DNA of 39,910 nucleotides from a virus: UHGV virus genome UHGV-1354558; one strand, 5' to 3'. Shown piece by piece: positions 31,144 to 39,910 of this stretch (position 1 is its first letter; each line of letters starts with the position of its first letter). The notes under the pieces were generated by a model. It saw only the letters and a program-made list of their open reading frames with translations, ran no database searches and was not told where the DNA came from. The position numbers and the translations under genes were made by a program.

Positions 31144-31209
31144 AATAGCTAAGGTACTTAAACTAAAAATACCCTGAGTATTGATTGCTTTGAATACCTG
31201 TAGTATTCT
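31144..31209. promoter_or_regulatory. OR operators with PR (rightward) and PRM (leftward)
   Basis: Operator-like sites at 31168-31182 (AATACCCTGAGTATT) and 31193-31207 (AATACCTGTAGTATT), plus a degenerate third at 31144-31158. PR -35 TTGATT and -10 TATTCT; TAGAAT sits 7 nt before the cI ATG on the minus strand. Confidence 0.6.
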
Positions 31210-31238
31210 TTGTTCATGGTTAATAACGGAGAGTGCAT

Positions 31239-31433
31239 ATGATTCGAATGACACTTGCCGATTACGCCAAAATCCATGGACAGGCTAAAGCAGCCAGTGA
31301 CTTTGGTGTAATCCAGTGCGCTATCAGCAAGGCCATTCTGGCAGGCCGTAACATTATGGTTACGGTAAAGCCTGATGGCAGTGTGATTGGAGAGGAGGTT
31401 CGACCTTTCCCAAGCAACAAGAAAAACAAATAG
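31239..31433 (+). CDS. cro: Cro repressor
   Basis: [62 protein letters not shown] resembles lambda Cro; GGAG upstream. Confidence 0.85.
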   Translation: MIRMTLADYAKIHGQAKAASDFGVIQCAISKAILAGRNIMVTVKPDGSVIGEEVRPFPSNKKNK

Positions 31434-31439
31434 TAACAC

Positions 31440-31484
31440 CGCTCTTTAACAGTCATGGTCCTCATTCCCGCCGAAATGCGGGAA
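31440..31484 (+). promoter_or_regulatory. nutR (boxA CGCTCTTTAACA plus boxB hairpin)
   Basis: boxA at 31440-31451 and hairpin TTCCCGC-cgaaat-GCGGGAA at 31465-31484, just after the cro stop. Confidence 0.65.
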
Positions 31485-31490
31485 TACAAC

Positions 31491-31521
31491 GCGCATAAGT
31501 TGATGCGCATAACTTCTTATT
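31491..31521 (+). terminator. candidate tR1 (weak)
   Basis: Hairpin GCGCAT-aagttg-ATGCGC followed by a U-poor tract ATAACTTCTTATT. Confidence 0.3.
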
Positions 31522-31541
31522 AGTTAAGGAAATACTTACAT

Positions 31542-31820
31542 ATGCAACTTACAAGTACTCGCAAGAAAGCGAATGCAATTACAAGCAACATCCTGAATCG
31601 AATTGCTGTACGTGGTCAGCGAAAGGTTGCCGACGCGTTAGGGATTAATGAATCGCAAATTTCGCGATGGAAAGACAGCTTTATCCCAAAGATGGCCATG
31701 CTTCTGGCTGTTCTTGAATGGGGTGTTGAAGACGAGGAGTTGGCGGAACTGGCTAAGAAAGTAGCCAGAATGCTGACAAAAGAAAAAGCCCCGAAGAACG
31801 GCGAATTCTTCGAGGCCTGA
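31542..31820 (+). CDS. cII: CII-like transcriptional activator
   Basis: 92 aa with ...ESQISRWKDSFIPKMAMLLAVLEWGV... paralleling lambda CII (KSQISRWKRDWIPKFSMLLAVLEWGV). AAGGAAA upstream. Confidence 0.8.
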   Translation: MQLTSTRKKANAITSNILNRIAVRGQRKVADALGINESQISRWKDSFIPKMAMLLAVLEWGVEDEELAELAKKVARMLTKEKAPKNGEFFEA

Positions 31821-31854
31821 TGTAGAAAGACTGGATCAATCCACAGGAGTAATT

Positions 31855-32016
31855 ATGACAAAACGTCGTAAGAAATACCAGGAAAAAGAAGAGATTCGAC
31901 ACCCTGATTCACCTGAGGGATTAGTGGTAGCCGCAGCAAATAACAGGGCGTTCGCAGAGCGCCTTGTTGGTGTTTACAGACTAGCCAAAGCAGGAGTGAA
32001 ACATGGGCGTCGTTAA
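31855..32016 (+). CDS. hypothetical small basic protein (53 aa)
   Basis: ATG with GGAG 6 nt upstream (MTKRRKKYQEKEEIRHPDSPEGL...). Below the ORF-track cutoff and found by manual translation; overlaps the O-like start. Confidence 0.35.
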   Translation: MTKRRKKYQEKEEIRHPDSPEGLVVAAANNRAFAERLVGVYRLAKAGVKHGRR

Positions 32017-32893
32017 GTTAGCTGATTACAGGCATAACCCTGTACAACATCAGGAGGCATCCAGTATGGGGTATGTCTCTATACACCGCCAGTTTATGGA
32101 CAGCAGGCTCTATAAGGACTCTCAGGCAGTACATCTTTGGCTTCACTTAATCCTCAAGGCTAATCACGAATCTACTGTCGTCAATACGGATATCGGTCCG
32201 ATAACTGTTGATCGCGGTCAGATGATAACTGGACGCCCGTCGCTGGTCAGAGAAACATTCATCCCCGACAACAAAGTTCGGAGCTTATTACGGACTTTTG
32301 AGTCGAAAGGGATGCTTAATATTTGCTCGATGGGGAAGAAATTTAGCCTGTTTACAATCGTTAAATATGACGATTTTCAGGCAAAAAATTGTCCAACGGT
32401 TGTCCAACGGTTGTCCAACGCAAACCACAGTAATGGCGAGGCTCTCAGCGGAGATTGTCCAACGGTTGTCCAACGATTGTCCATAAACAATAATATAAAT
32501 AATATCTCTAATACTGACGTATTAGAGAGTGCCACAGCAGACAAAAAGTCTGACAAGAAAAAACCTTCCGTTAGCTGTCAGGATGTTGTCGATGCTTACC
32601 ACGAAATCCTTCCTGAAGCGCCAAGAATCCGCGCACTGAATGACAAGCGTAAAAACCAGATCCGAACGTTCTGGCGCAAAGCCGGAGTGATAACCCGCCA
32701 GCTTGACGGGCATGGGTTCACGATGCAGGACTGGAGAAATTATTTGAGCTACGTAGGCGAAAATTGCCGATGGATGTTCGAAGAACGCCCAAACCATCAA
32801 CGCGGAACCGTCTGGCACAAAAAGGGATTTGATTTCCTGCTTAACGACAATACCTACCTGAAAGTTCGTGAGGGTGAACACGATGACCGATAA
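32003..32893 (+). CDS. replication initiator (lambda O-like) containing the origin iterons
   Basis: 296 aa in the O position, with AGGAG upstream and iterons plus an AT-rich tract inside the coding sequence. Confidence 0.8.
   Translation: MGVVKLADYRHNPVQHQEASSMGYVSIHRQFMDSRLYKDSQAVHLWLHLILKANHESTVVNTDIGPITVDRGQMITGRPSLVRETFIPDNKVRSLLRTFESKGMLNICSMGKKFSLFTIVKYDDFQAKNCPTVVQRLSNANHSNGEALSGDCPTVVQRLSINNNINNISNTDVLESATADKKSDKKKPSVSCQDVVDAYHEILPEAPRIRALNDKRKNQIRTFWRKAGVITRQLDGHGFTMQDWRNYLSYVGENCRWMFEERPNHQRGTVWHKKGFDFLLNDNTYLKVREGEHDDR
32389..32520. repeat. origin of replication: TTGTCCAACGG iterons (two clusters of three) plus AT-rich tract
   Basis: Iterons at 32389-32421 and 32455-32487, followed by AATAATATAAATAATATCTCTAATA. 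Classic lambdoid ori architecture within the O gene. Confidence 0.7.
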
Positions 32894-34319
32894 TTTTTAT
32901 GCGCCGCCCCATAGCATCGAGGCAGAGCAGGCGGTGATTGGTGGATTGCTTCTGGATGATGACAGCAGTGAGCGCGTCCAGAAGGTTCTTGCGATGCTGA
33001 AGCCTGATTCATTTTACGGCCGACCACACAAAATCCTTTTCGAAGAAATAACCAGAATGCACCGGGAGCAAAAGCCAGTAGATGGCCTGACGCTTTTCGA
33101 TGAACTGGAGCGTAAATCGTTAACGGCGTCTGTTGGCGGTTTTGCTTATATCGCTGAGATCGCAAAGAACACGCCAAGCGCAGCAAACATCGTTGCCTAT
33201 GCAATGCAGGTTCGTGAAACCGCAATGGAACGCTACGCCATCAACCGCATGACTGAAGCGACGGAATTGCTCTATTCCCGCAACGGAATGACTGCAACGC
33301 AGAAGTACGAAGCTATTCAGGCGATTTTCACGCAACTGACAGACCATGCAAAAACCGGATCGCGTCGCGGCCTTCGCTCATTTGGTGAGGTCATGGAAGA
33401 CTGGGTTAGCGACCTTGAGAAGCGATTTGATCCATCAGGCGAACAACGGGGAATGAGCACAGGGATCCCATCGCTGGACAGGATGCTGTCACCGAAAGGT
33501 CTGGTGAAAGGCTCTCTGTTTGTCATTGGCGCTCGCCCTAAGATGGGGAAAACGACGCTATACAGCCAGATGGCAATCAATTGCGCAGTGCATGAGAAAA
33601 AGCCCGCTTTGATGTTCAGCCTTGAAATGCCAGGTGATCAGATACTGGAAAAACTGGTAGGGCAGAAGTCTGGTGTTAACCCGAATATTTTTTACCTTCC
33701 GGCGACAAATGACGCTGATGACGGCTATCAGGGTGATTACGATGGTGACTTCAACAGGGCGATCGAAACAGCTAATCGCTTGAGTGAAATCGACATGCTT
33801 TACATCGACGACACGCCGGGATTATCTCTGGCTCAAATCGTCAGCGAAAGCCGTCGAATCAAGCGAGAAAAAGGATGTGTTGGCATGATTCTGGTCGATT
33901 ACCTGACACTAATGACCGCTGAGAAGGCCGATCGCAACGACCTTGCTTACGGCATGATCACCAAAGGACTGAAGAACCTTGCCAAAGAGCTTGATTGCGT
34001 TGTTGTGCTTCTGACGCAGCTTAACCGCGCACTGGAAAGCCGAACCAATAAACGCCCATTACCAAGTGACTCACGAGATACAGGGCAGATTGAACAGGAT
34101 TGCGATTATTGGGTTGGGATCCATCGTGAAGGCGCTTTTGATGACAGTGTTCCACCTGGTGAAACCGAACTAATCCTTCGTCTCAATCGTCATGGCAATA
34201 CCGGCACGGTGTATTGCATTCAGGCAAATGGCGCTATTTATGACACAGACCAACAGTCTGCTGAAATGCGCCGCCGTGAACGCGAGGAACCGCAGTCCAA
34301 GAAGAAAGGAGGATTCTGA
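32883..34319 (+). CDS. DnaB-family replicative helicase (P22 gene 12-like)
   Basis: N-terminal DnaB-like domain and Walker A (GARPKMGKTTL). ATG overlaps the O-like stop; GAGGG upstream. Confidence 0.9.
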   Translation: MTDNFYAPPHSIEAEQAVIGGLLLDDDSSERVQKVLAMLKPDSFYGRPHKILFEEITRMHREQKPVDGLTLFDELERKSLTASVGGFAYIAEIAKNTPSAANIVAYAMQVRETAMERYAINRMTEATELLYSRNGMTATQKYEAIQAIFTQLTDHAKTGSRRGLRSFGEVMEDWVSDLEKRFDPSGEQRGMSTGIPSLDRMLSPKGLVKGSLFVIGARPKMGKTTLYSQMAINCAVHEKKPALMFSLEMPGDQILEKLVGQKSGVNPNIFYLPATNDADDGYQGDYDGDFNRAIETANRLSEIDMLYIDDTPGLSLAQIVSESRRIKREKGCVGMILVDYLTLMTAEKADRNDLAYGMITKGLKNLAKELDCVVVLLTQLNRALESRTNKRPLPSDSRDTGQIEQDCDYWVGIHREGAFDDSVPPGETELILRLNRHGNTGTVYCIQANGAIYDTDQQSAEMRRREREEPQSKKKGGF

Positions 34320-34588
34320 TGAATAAAAAACAATTAGCCATTCTCGAAAAGGCATGGGATGCACAAATATCATGCGCTTTGAAAGAACAGGCACTACCAA
34401 TAATCCAGACCAAATCGAAAATAGCCAGGCAGTTATGCGATGACGGATTCCTGAACGAAGTTGAGATTACGCGCCAGATGGTAACGTTCAAAGGGTATGA
34501 GATAAATCATCATGGTATAGCGGCGTATTGCTCCCATCTTCCTGATGACGTTGACATTGATGAAATGGAAAGGGAGATGAAGGAATGA
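34319..34588 (+). CDS. hypothetical protein
   Basis: 89-aa ORF coupled to the helicase stop. Confidence 0.5.
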   Translation: MNKKQLAILEKAWDAQISCALKEQALPIIQTKSKIARQLCDDGFLNEVEITRQMVTFKGYEINHHGIAAYCSHLPDDVDIDEMEREMKE

Positions 34589-34668
34589 CCATCTACATCA
34601 CTGAGCTAATAACAGGCCTGCTGGTAATCGCAGGCCTTTTTATTTGGGGGAGGGTAAATCGTGGTTGA
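34585..34668 (+). CDS. putative 27-aa single-TM peptide
   Basis: ATGA overlap with the upstream stop; MTIYITELITGLLVIAGLFIWGRVNRG. Found by manual translation; very short. Confidence 0.3.
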   Translation: MTIYITELITGLLVIAGLFIWGRVNRG

Positions 34669-34867
34669 GTTGATTTTCTCTGCATTGAGGCTTCTCGGTG
34701 CTCTGTGGATGGTGGCGACGTTCATTGTGGTTGCTGGCTGTTTTGTCCGGTTGGTAGGCGAAGGTAAAGACCTGGTGGGTGTGCTTTTCGGTAGCATTTT
34801 CCTGTGGGTGATTATCGGTGTTATGCCTGTCGCTGTAGCAAAAATAGCGTGGCGTTTTGTGAGTTGA
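34661..34867 (+). CDS. small two-TM membrane protein (GTG start)
   Basis: GGAGGG 6 nt upstream of the GTG; 68 aa with two hydrophobic helices. Confidence 0.45.
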   Translation: MVELIFSALRLLGALWMVATFIVVAGCFVRLVGEGKDLVGVLFGSIFLWVIIGVMPVAVAKIAWRFVS

Positions 34868-34884
34868 ACTGAGGGTAAGTATCG

Positions 34885-35193
34885 ATGGACGAATCAAGAA
34901 AGAAGTTTGAGGAATACGTTGCCAAAAAATTGAAATTACCATTAGAGATGATAACCGAGGCAAGAAATGGTGATAGGTACTTCGCATTTTCAAGCATGGA
35001 TATTCGTCACTCCTTAAATGAGTGGTGGACTTTATGGCAGGCATCGCGAGCAGCTATCGAGATTGAGCTGCAAAAGCCAAAGAAAGGCCCACTTCCCGGT
35101 GATTATCACATTGGCTATGACTCAGGTGCAGAATCGCAATACGAAAGCGATGTAGAGGCTATCCGCGCCGCTGGAATCAAAGTGAAGGAGTGA
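34885..35193 (+). CDS. hypothetical protein
   Basis: 102-aa ORF in the nin region. Confidence 0.5.
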   Translation: MDESRKKFEEYVAKKLKLPLEMITEARNGDRYFAFSSMDIRHSLNEWWTLWQASRAAIEIELQKPKKGPLPGDYHIGYDSGAESQYESDVEAIRAAGIKVKE

Positions 35194-35402
35194 GTATGAC
35201 AAATCAGCAGCAAATAGAGTTCATCCTTGAGCAGATCCGAAAAATGCGAGAAAAGAACCAGCCAGACATGATGGAAATATGGAGACGCCAGCAGGAAGAA
35301 TACCGCAAGCATATTTTTGGTGAGAGAAAACAGGATGGCTGGAGCCTATATAGCTATGGCACCAGGCCAAATAAAAACGGATACAGCCTTTACGCATACT
35401 GA
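35190..35402 (+). CDS. hypothetical protein
   Basis: 70-aa ORF overlapping the upstream stop. Confidence 0.45.
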   Translation: MSMTNQQQIEFILEQIRKMREKNQPDMMEIWRRQQEEYRKHIFGERKQDGWSLYSYGTRPNKNGYSLYAY

Positions 35403-35410
35403 GGAATTCC

Positions 35411-35821
35411 ATGAAACAGACAATTTTCCTCAGGAGTAAGCAACAACAGCAAGCTGCAATAAATGCCATCCTCGCAACACCCCTCGATAAAGACAAGCCA
35501 GTTACCATCCGCATTACTGACTACAAGCGCAACCTTGACCAGAACGCAAAATTTCACGCGATGCTGGCGGATATCGCACGTCAGGTTCAATGGTGCGGCA
35601 AATGGTTAAAACCGGAACAATGGAAGGTTTTGTTGATCAGCGGTCATGCAGTGGCAACAAAACAGGAAGCTGATGTTTTGCCCGGTCTTGAAGGCGAATA
35701 CGTCAACATTCGCGAAAGTAGCGCGCAGATGAGTGTGAAGCGTATGGCAAGTCTGATTGAGTACACGACAGCCTGGGCTATTGGTCAGGGTGTCAGATTT
35801 ACCGACAGGAGGTATGAATGA
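35411..35821 (+). CDS. ninB: NinB recombination protein
   Basis: 136 aa with ...[28 protein letters not shown]... paralleling lambda NinB (NRSLDQNRKLWACLGDVSRQVEWHGRWL). Confidence 0.8.
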   Translation: MKQTIFLRSKQQQQAAINAILATPLDKDKPVTIRITDYKRNLDQNAKFHAMLADIARQVQWCGKWLKPEQWKVLLISGHAVATKQEADVLPGLEGEYVNIRESSAQMSVKRMASLIEYTTAWAIGQGVRFTDRRYE

Positions 35822-36000
35822 GGCGACAGCGACGAAGTTTCACCGACATCATCTGCGAAAACTGCAAATACCTTCCAACGAAGCGCTCCAGGAATAAATG
35901 CAAGCCAATCCCAAAAGAATCTGACGTAAAAACCTTCAACTACACGGCTCACCTGTGGGATATCCGGTGGCTTAGAGAACGTGCGAGGAAAACAAGGTGA
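35818..36000 (+). CDS. small Cys-containing nin-region protein (NinD-like)
   Basis: 60 aa, coupled to ninB. Confidence 0.45.
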   Translation: MRRQRRSFTDIICENCKYLPTKRSRNKCKPIPKESDVKTFNYTAHLWDIRWLRERARKTR

Positions 36001-36167
36001 TTGACCAAAATCGAAGTTACGAACAAGGAAGTGTCGAGCGAGCTTTAACGTGCGCTAATTGCGGTCAGAAGCTGCATGTGCTGGAAGTTCACGTGTGTGA
36101 GCACTGCTGCGCAGAACTGATGAGCGATCCGAATAGCTCAATGTACGAGGAAGAAGACGATGAGTGA
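35997..36167 (+). CDS. small zinc-finger protein (GTG start; NinF-like position)
   Basis: GTGA coupling to the upstream stop, GAGGA upstream. CANCGQ...CEHCC motif. Below the ORF-track cutoff. Confidence 0.35.
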   Translation: MIDQNRSYEQGSVERALTCANCGQKLHVLEVHVCEHCCAELMSDPNSSMYEEEDDE

Positions 36168-36429
36168 TTTCTCTGAGCTTATTTCCTTCAAAAAAGACAG
36201 AGAAGAAATGCGGACTGAATCTGTCTATTACGTTCAACACCGGAATAAACGCTCGGTGCTTGATCAGGAGCTGGTTATTACCGGAGACCTGGCATTCAGA
36301 ACATATAAGGCCAGCATGGAAATGAAGGATTTCCCTAAATGTGGTTCTGAAAGAGAAGCCGCGTTAAAGCTGGCTGAGTGGATGCAGAGAATGGCTGCTG
36401 CAATTGAGAATTACTGGAGTGAACCATAA
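36160..36429 (+). CDS. hypothetical protein
   Basis: 89-aa ORF in the nin region. Confidence 0.5.
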   Translation: MSDFSELISFKKDREEMRTESVYYVQHRNKRSVLDQELVITGDLAFRTYKASMEMKDFPKCGSEREAALKLAEWMQRMAAAIENYWSEP

Positions 36430-36719
36430 TGGCTAACCTACGCAAAGAAGCACGCGGCAGAGAATGCCAGGTACGTATTTACGGCGTATGCAATGGCAAT
36501 CCTGAAACTACAGTTCTGGCACATTACCGGATGGCTGGAATTTGCGGAACGGGAATGAAACCTGACGACCTAATCGGCGCATGGGCTTGTAGCGCGTGTC
36601 ACGATGAAATCGACAGACGCACCCATAACCTCGACAACAAAGACGCCAGACTTTACCACCTCGAAGGCGTGATCAGGACGCAGGCGATACTGCTGAAGGA
36701 GGGGAAGATTAAGCCATGA
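36429..36719 (+). CDS. Cys/His-rich nin-region protein (NinX/DUF1364-like)
   Basis: 96 aa with CQVRIYGVCNGN...ACSACHDEIDRR motifs, typical of a conserved lambdoid nin-region family. Confidence 0.5.
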   Translation: MANLRKEARGRECQVRIYGVCNGNPETTVLAHYRMAGICGTGMKPDDLIGAWACSACHDEIDRRTHNLDNKDARLYHLEGVIRTQAILLKEGKIKP

Positions 36720-37078
36720 ACGAATATCAGTTTGTGCTTCCATATCCGCCGTCGCTGAACACCTACTGGCGAAGACGGGGAAGCCAATACTACATCAGCG
36801 ATAAAGGCCAGAAATACCGAAAAGACGTTCAGCAAATCATCCGCCAACTCAAGTTAGACATTTTCACCAAATCACGACTCCGCATCAAAGTCATCGCAGA
36901 CGTTCCAGACTCCCGCCGCCGCGACCTCGACAACATCCTGAAAGGTTTACTCGACTCCCTTATCCACGCCGGATTTGCGGAAGACGACGAGCAATTCGAT
37001 GACATTCGCGTAATTCGTGGTGTGAAAGTACCAGGCGGACGGCTTGGAATAAAAATCACCGAACTGGAGAACGTATGA
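36716..37078 (+). CDS. rusA: RusA Holliday junction resolvase
   Basis: 120 aa: MNEYQFVLPYPPSLNTYWRRRG...DLDNILKGLLDSLIHAGFAEDDEQFDDIRVIRG is characteristic of RusA. Confidence 0.85.
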   Translation: MNEYQFVLPYPPSLNTYWRRRGSQYYISDKGQKYRKDVQQIIRQLKLDIFTKSRLRIKVIADVPDSRRRDLDNILKGLLDSLIHAGFAEDDEQFDDIRVIRGVKVPGGRLGIKITELENV

Positions 37079-37263
37079 ACGCCACAATTCAAACGATACC
37101 AGAGCTTCTTATCCAGACACGAGGCAATCAGACCGAAGTGGCGAGGATGCTTTCCTGCGCAAGAGGAACAGTGCTCAAGTACAACCGAGACAGCAAAGGC
37201 GAGCGTCACGCAATAGTTAACGGCGTCCTGATGGTCAAACAGGGCAAGAGGGGAAGACCATGA
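37075..37263 (+). CDS. ninH: NinH
   Basis: 62 aa: ...TIPELLIQTRGNQTEVARMLSCARGTVLKY...HAIVNGVLMV parallels lambda NinH. Confidence 0.75.
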   Translation: MNATIQTIPELLIQTRGNQTEVARMLSCARGTVLKYNRDSKGERHAIVNGVLMVKQGKRGRP

Positions 37264-37883
37264 GACTCGAAAGCGTAGCTAAATTTCATTCGCCAAAAAG
37301 CCCGATGATGAGCGACTCACCACGGGCTACGGCTTCTGACTCTCTTTCCGGTACTGATGTGATGGCTGCTATGGGGATGGCGCAATCACAAGCCGGATTC
37401 GGAATGGCTGCATTCTGCGGTAAGCATGAACTCAGCCAGAACGACAAACAAAAGGCTATCAACTATCTGATGCAATTTGCACACAAGGTATCGGGGAAAT
37501 ACCGTGGTGTGGCAAAGCTCGAAGGAAATACTAAGGCAAAGGTACTGCAAGTGCTCGCAACATTCGCTTATGCGGATTATTGCCGTAGTGCCGCGACGCC
37601 GGGCGCAAGATGCAGAGATTGCCACGGTACAGGCCGTGCGGTTGATATTGCCAAAACAGAGCAGTGGGGGAGAGTTGTTGAGAAAGAGTGTGGAAGATGC
37701 AAAGGCGTCGGCTATTCAAGAATGCCAGCAAGCGCCGCATATCGTGCTGTAACGATGCTAATCCCAAACCTTACTCAACCCACCTGGTCACGCACTGTTA
37801 AGCCACTGTATGACGCTCTGGTGGTGCAATGCCACAAAGAAGAGTCAATCGCAGACAACATTTTGAATGCGGTCACACGTTAG
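37260..37883 (+). CDS. Q: late antiterminator Q (lambda type)
   Basis: 207 aa, essentially matching lambda Q as remembered, with Zn-binding cysteines (CRDCHGTG...CGRCKG). Confidence 0.9.
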   Translation: MRLESVAKFHSPKSPMMSDSPRATASDSLSGTDVMAAMGMAQSQAGFGMAAFCGKHELSQNDKQKAINYLMQFAHKVSGKYRGVAKLEGNTKAKVLQVLATFAYADYCRSAATPGARCRDCHGTGRAVDIAKTEQWGRVVEKECGRCKGVGYSRMPASAAYRAVTMLIPNLTQPTWSRTVKPLYDALVVQCHKEESIADNILNAVTR

Positions 37884-37925
37884 CAGCATGATTGCCACGG
37901 ATGGCAACATATTAACGGCATGATA

Positions 37926-37954
37926 TTGACTTTTTGAATAAAGTTGGGTAAATT
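37926..37954 (+). promoter_or_regulatory. late promoter PR' (-35 TTGACT, 17-nt spacer, -10 TAAATT) with qut-like region
   Basis: TTGACT-N17-TAAATT followed by TTGACTCAACGATGG matches the lambda PR' and Q-utilization region. Confidence 0.7.
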
Positions 37955-37990
37955 TGACTCAACGATGGATAAATGCACTCGTTAAATAAA

Positions 37991-38018
37991 GCCCTGAGTT
38001 AATAGCTCGGGGCTTTTT
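37991..38018 (+). terminator. intrinsic terminator close to PR' (tR'-like)
   Basis: Hairpin GCCCTGAG-ttaatag-CTCGGGGC (one G-U pair) followed by TTTTT, about 30-55 nt downstream of the predicted start. Confidence 0.6.
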
Positions 38019-38909
38019 CATTTCTGCAATCCGGTCAGGACTTTCGAGTTAATGCGTGCTGCACGACACGTTGACACTCATACGCGAGAGTCCTGAGCCA
38101 GATTGAAGGCTATCAGGTAAGGGCATATCGACGCACTGATAGGGCTGGATTGGAAGATCATTCAGAGACCCGGCAGACAGATGTGTTCTTTCCGATGGTT
38201 TTCGTAAGCGACTTTGCGGTTTTTTAGAAACTGATCACAAAGGTAAATGCAAACGAAGAAATGTATCTGGCCGTAGCTTAACCGCTAAACACCAGTGAGG
38301 TATTCCAGTTCCTCATCAACGAATCTGGCGCACTGGCCCGGTGTGATTAATAATGGGCACACAACAGGTAAGAGCATTAAAGAACTGGCAAAGAGCTTAA
38401 CGGTCTGCGAAAGCATTTCTTAGTGGCACAACTGGCCGGTACAACTGAGTGCTCTTTCCGGTGTGGTGAATGCGCAGGCTGATGCGCGCAGGAGAGCTTC
38501 GGAAGAACAAGGTGCCTGTATACAAGCCGGAGATCAGCGCCGGCCACCACAGCCAAATCCACCCAGAGCAAAACCGTTGTTCATCCTTACCATTCCCTCA
38601 GTATTTTGGGCTACAACCCTCAGCCCATTTTTTAAAGCGTACTTCCACCAAGAACCAGACCTAACCAACTCATTGCTGACACTCTGTGGATACGGTTGTC
38701 TAGTGCGCTTTAAAAAAGAAAACCCAGCATCAATGGCTGGGCTTCGTGATATGAGCGGCATGTATTGTTGGCGCAATCCACGCCTGATTTGCTCATGAAT
38801 GCGGTCACGAACAAACCCGTTACAAATCAACCGTAACCCGGATTTGTTCGAGCGACCATATCCATAATTCCTAATTAAATAGAGCAAATCCCCTTATTGG
38901 GGGTAAGAC

Positions 38910-39233
38910 ATGAAGATGCCAGAAAAACATGACCTGTTAGCCGCCATTCTCGCGGCAAAGGAACAAGGCATCGGGGCAATCCTTGCGTTTGCAATGGCGT
39001 ACCTTCGCGGCAGATATAATGGCGGTGCGTTTACAAAAACAGTAATCGACGCAACGATGTGCGCCATTATCGCCTGGTTCATTCGTGACCTTCTCGACTT
39101 CGCCGGACTAAGTAGCAATCTCGCTTATATAACGAGCGTGTTTATCGGCTACATCGGTACTGACTCGATTGGTTCGCTTATCAAACGCTTCGCTGCTAAA
39201 AAAGCCGGAATAGAAGATGGTGGAAATCAATAA
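38910..39233 (+). CDS. S: holin S (lambda type, dual-start motif)
   Basis: 107 aa: [34 protein letters not shown]... matches lambda S, including the Met1-Lys2-Met3 dual start. Confidence 0.9.
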   Translation: MKMPEKHDLLAAILAAKEQGIGAILAFAMAYLRGRYNGGAFTKTVIDATMCAIIAWFIRDLLDFAGLSSNLAYITSVFIGYIGTDSIGSLIKRFAAKKAGIEDGGNQ

Positions 39234-39693
39234 TCAACGTAAGGCGTTCCTCGATATGCTGGCGTGGTCGGAGGGAACTGATAACGGACGGCAGAAAACC
39301 AGAAATCATGGTTATGACGTCATTGTTGGCGGAGAGCTATTCACTGATTACTCCGATCACCCTCGCAAACTTGTCACGCTAAACCCCAAACTCAAATCAA
39401 CAGCCGCCGGACGCTACCAGCTTCTTTCCCGTTGGTGGGATGCCTATCGTAAGCAGCTTGGCCTGAAAGACTTCTCTCCCAAAAGCCAGGACGCTGTGGC
39501 ATTGCAGCAGATTAAAGAGCGTGGCGCTTTACCGATGATTGATCGCGGTGATATCCGTCAGGCTATCGACCGTTGCAGCAATATCTGGGCTTCACTGCCG
39601 GGGGCTGGTTATGGTCAGTTCGAGCATAAGGCTGACAGCCTGATTGCAAAATTCAAAGAAGCTGGCGGAACGGTCAGAGAGATTGAGGTATGA
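39217..39693 (+). CDS. R: endolysin R (lambda-type lytic transglycosylase)
   Basis: 158 aa: [39 protein letters not shown]... matches lambda R. Confidence 0.9.
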   Translation: MVEINNQRKAFLDMLAWSEGTDNGRQKTRNHGYDVIVGGELFTDYSDHPRKLVTLNPKLKSTAAGRYQLLSRWWDAYRKQLGLKDFSPKSQDAVALQQIKERGALPMIDRGDIRQAIDRCSNIWASLPGAGYGQFEHKADSLIAKFKEAGGTVREIEV

Positions 39694-39910
39694 GCAGAGT
39701 AACCGCGATTATCTCCGCTCTGGTTATCTGCATCATCGTCTGCCTGTCATGGGCTGTTAATCATTACCGTGATAACGCCATCGCCTACAAAGAGCAGCGA
39801 GATAAAAAAGTCAGTGAGCTGAAGCAGGCGACCGCCACCATTACTGACATGCAGCAACGCCAGCGTGCTGCTGATGTACTCGATGCTAAATACACGAAGG
39901 AGTTAGCTGA
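39690..39910 (+). CDS. Rz: Rz i-spanin, 5' portion (continues at 1..247)
   Basis: [40 protein letters not shown]... runs to the window end without a stop and continues in frame at position 1. Confidence 0.85.
   Translation, partial: MSRVTAIISALVICIIVCLSWAVNHYRDNAIAYKEQRDKKVSELKQATATITDMQQRQRAADVLDAKYTKELA

Noticed and set aside
32389-32487. Short direct repeats that could suggest a CRISPR array
   Set aside because: The 11-bp units are directly adjacent, with no spacers, and lie inside the O-like gene; this is the classic replication-origin iteron arrangement.
38463-38887. ORFs of 111 aa (+) and 117 aa (-) in the Q-S intergenic region
   Set aside because: They overlap each other, have no RBS or start context, and show biased, non-protein-like composition; flanking DNA corresponds to the lambda non-coding late leader.

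Overview
The window reads as one complete, circularly permuted temperate phage genome (about 39.9 kb) of the P22-like lambdoid type. The strongest support for circularity is that the Rz spanin reading frame runs in frame from the last 221 nt of the window into the first 247 nt. All calls are from reading the sequence and the supplied ORF translations against remembered protein families; no searches were run. Layout, left to right: end of the lysis cassette (Rz/Rz1), a Rha-like regulator, a P22-type packaging and head module (small and large terminase, portal, scaffold, coat), tail accessory and needle genes, three ejection proteins (the largest with an N-terminal lytic transglycosylase domain), an mnt-lipoprotein pair, a mosaic tailspike, a low-GC gtrABC O-antigen glucosylation cassette, an attP core matching the 3' part of a tRNA-Thr gene with int/xis, a leftward early operon (N, cIII, RecT, accessory ORFs), the immunity region (cI, cro, cII, operators, nutL/nutR), replication genes (O-like initiator with iteron origin, DnaB-type helicase), a nin region (ninB, rusA, ninH), Q with a lambda-type PR' promoter, and lambda-type S and R lysis genes. 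The most interesting candidate accessory loci are a 4-TM membrane protein immediately downstream of cI (rex-like position), the mnt-lipoprotein pair upstream of the tailspike, an in-frame (GAGCCA)7 repeat between coat and the gp4 homologue, and a cluster of small membrane peptides in the nin region. No single locus could be confirmed as a novel system from sequence alone.
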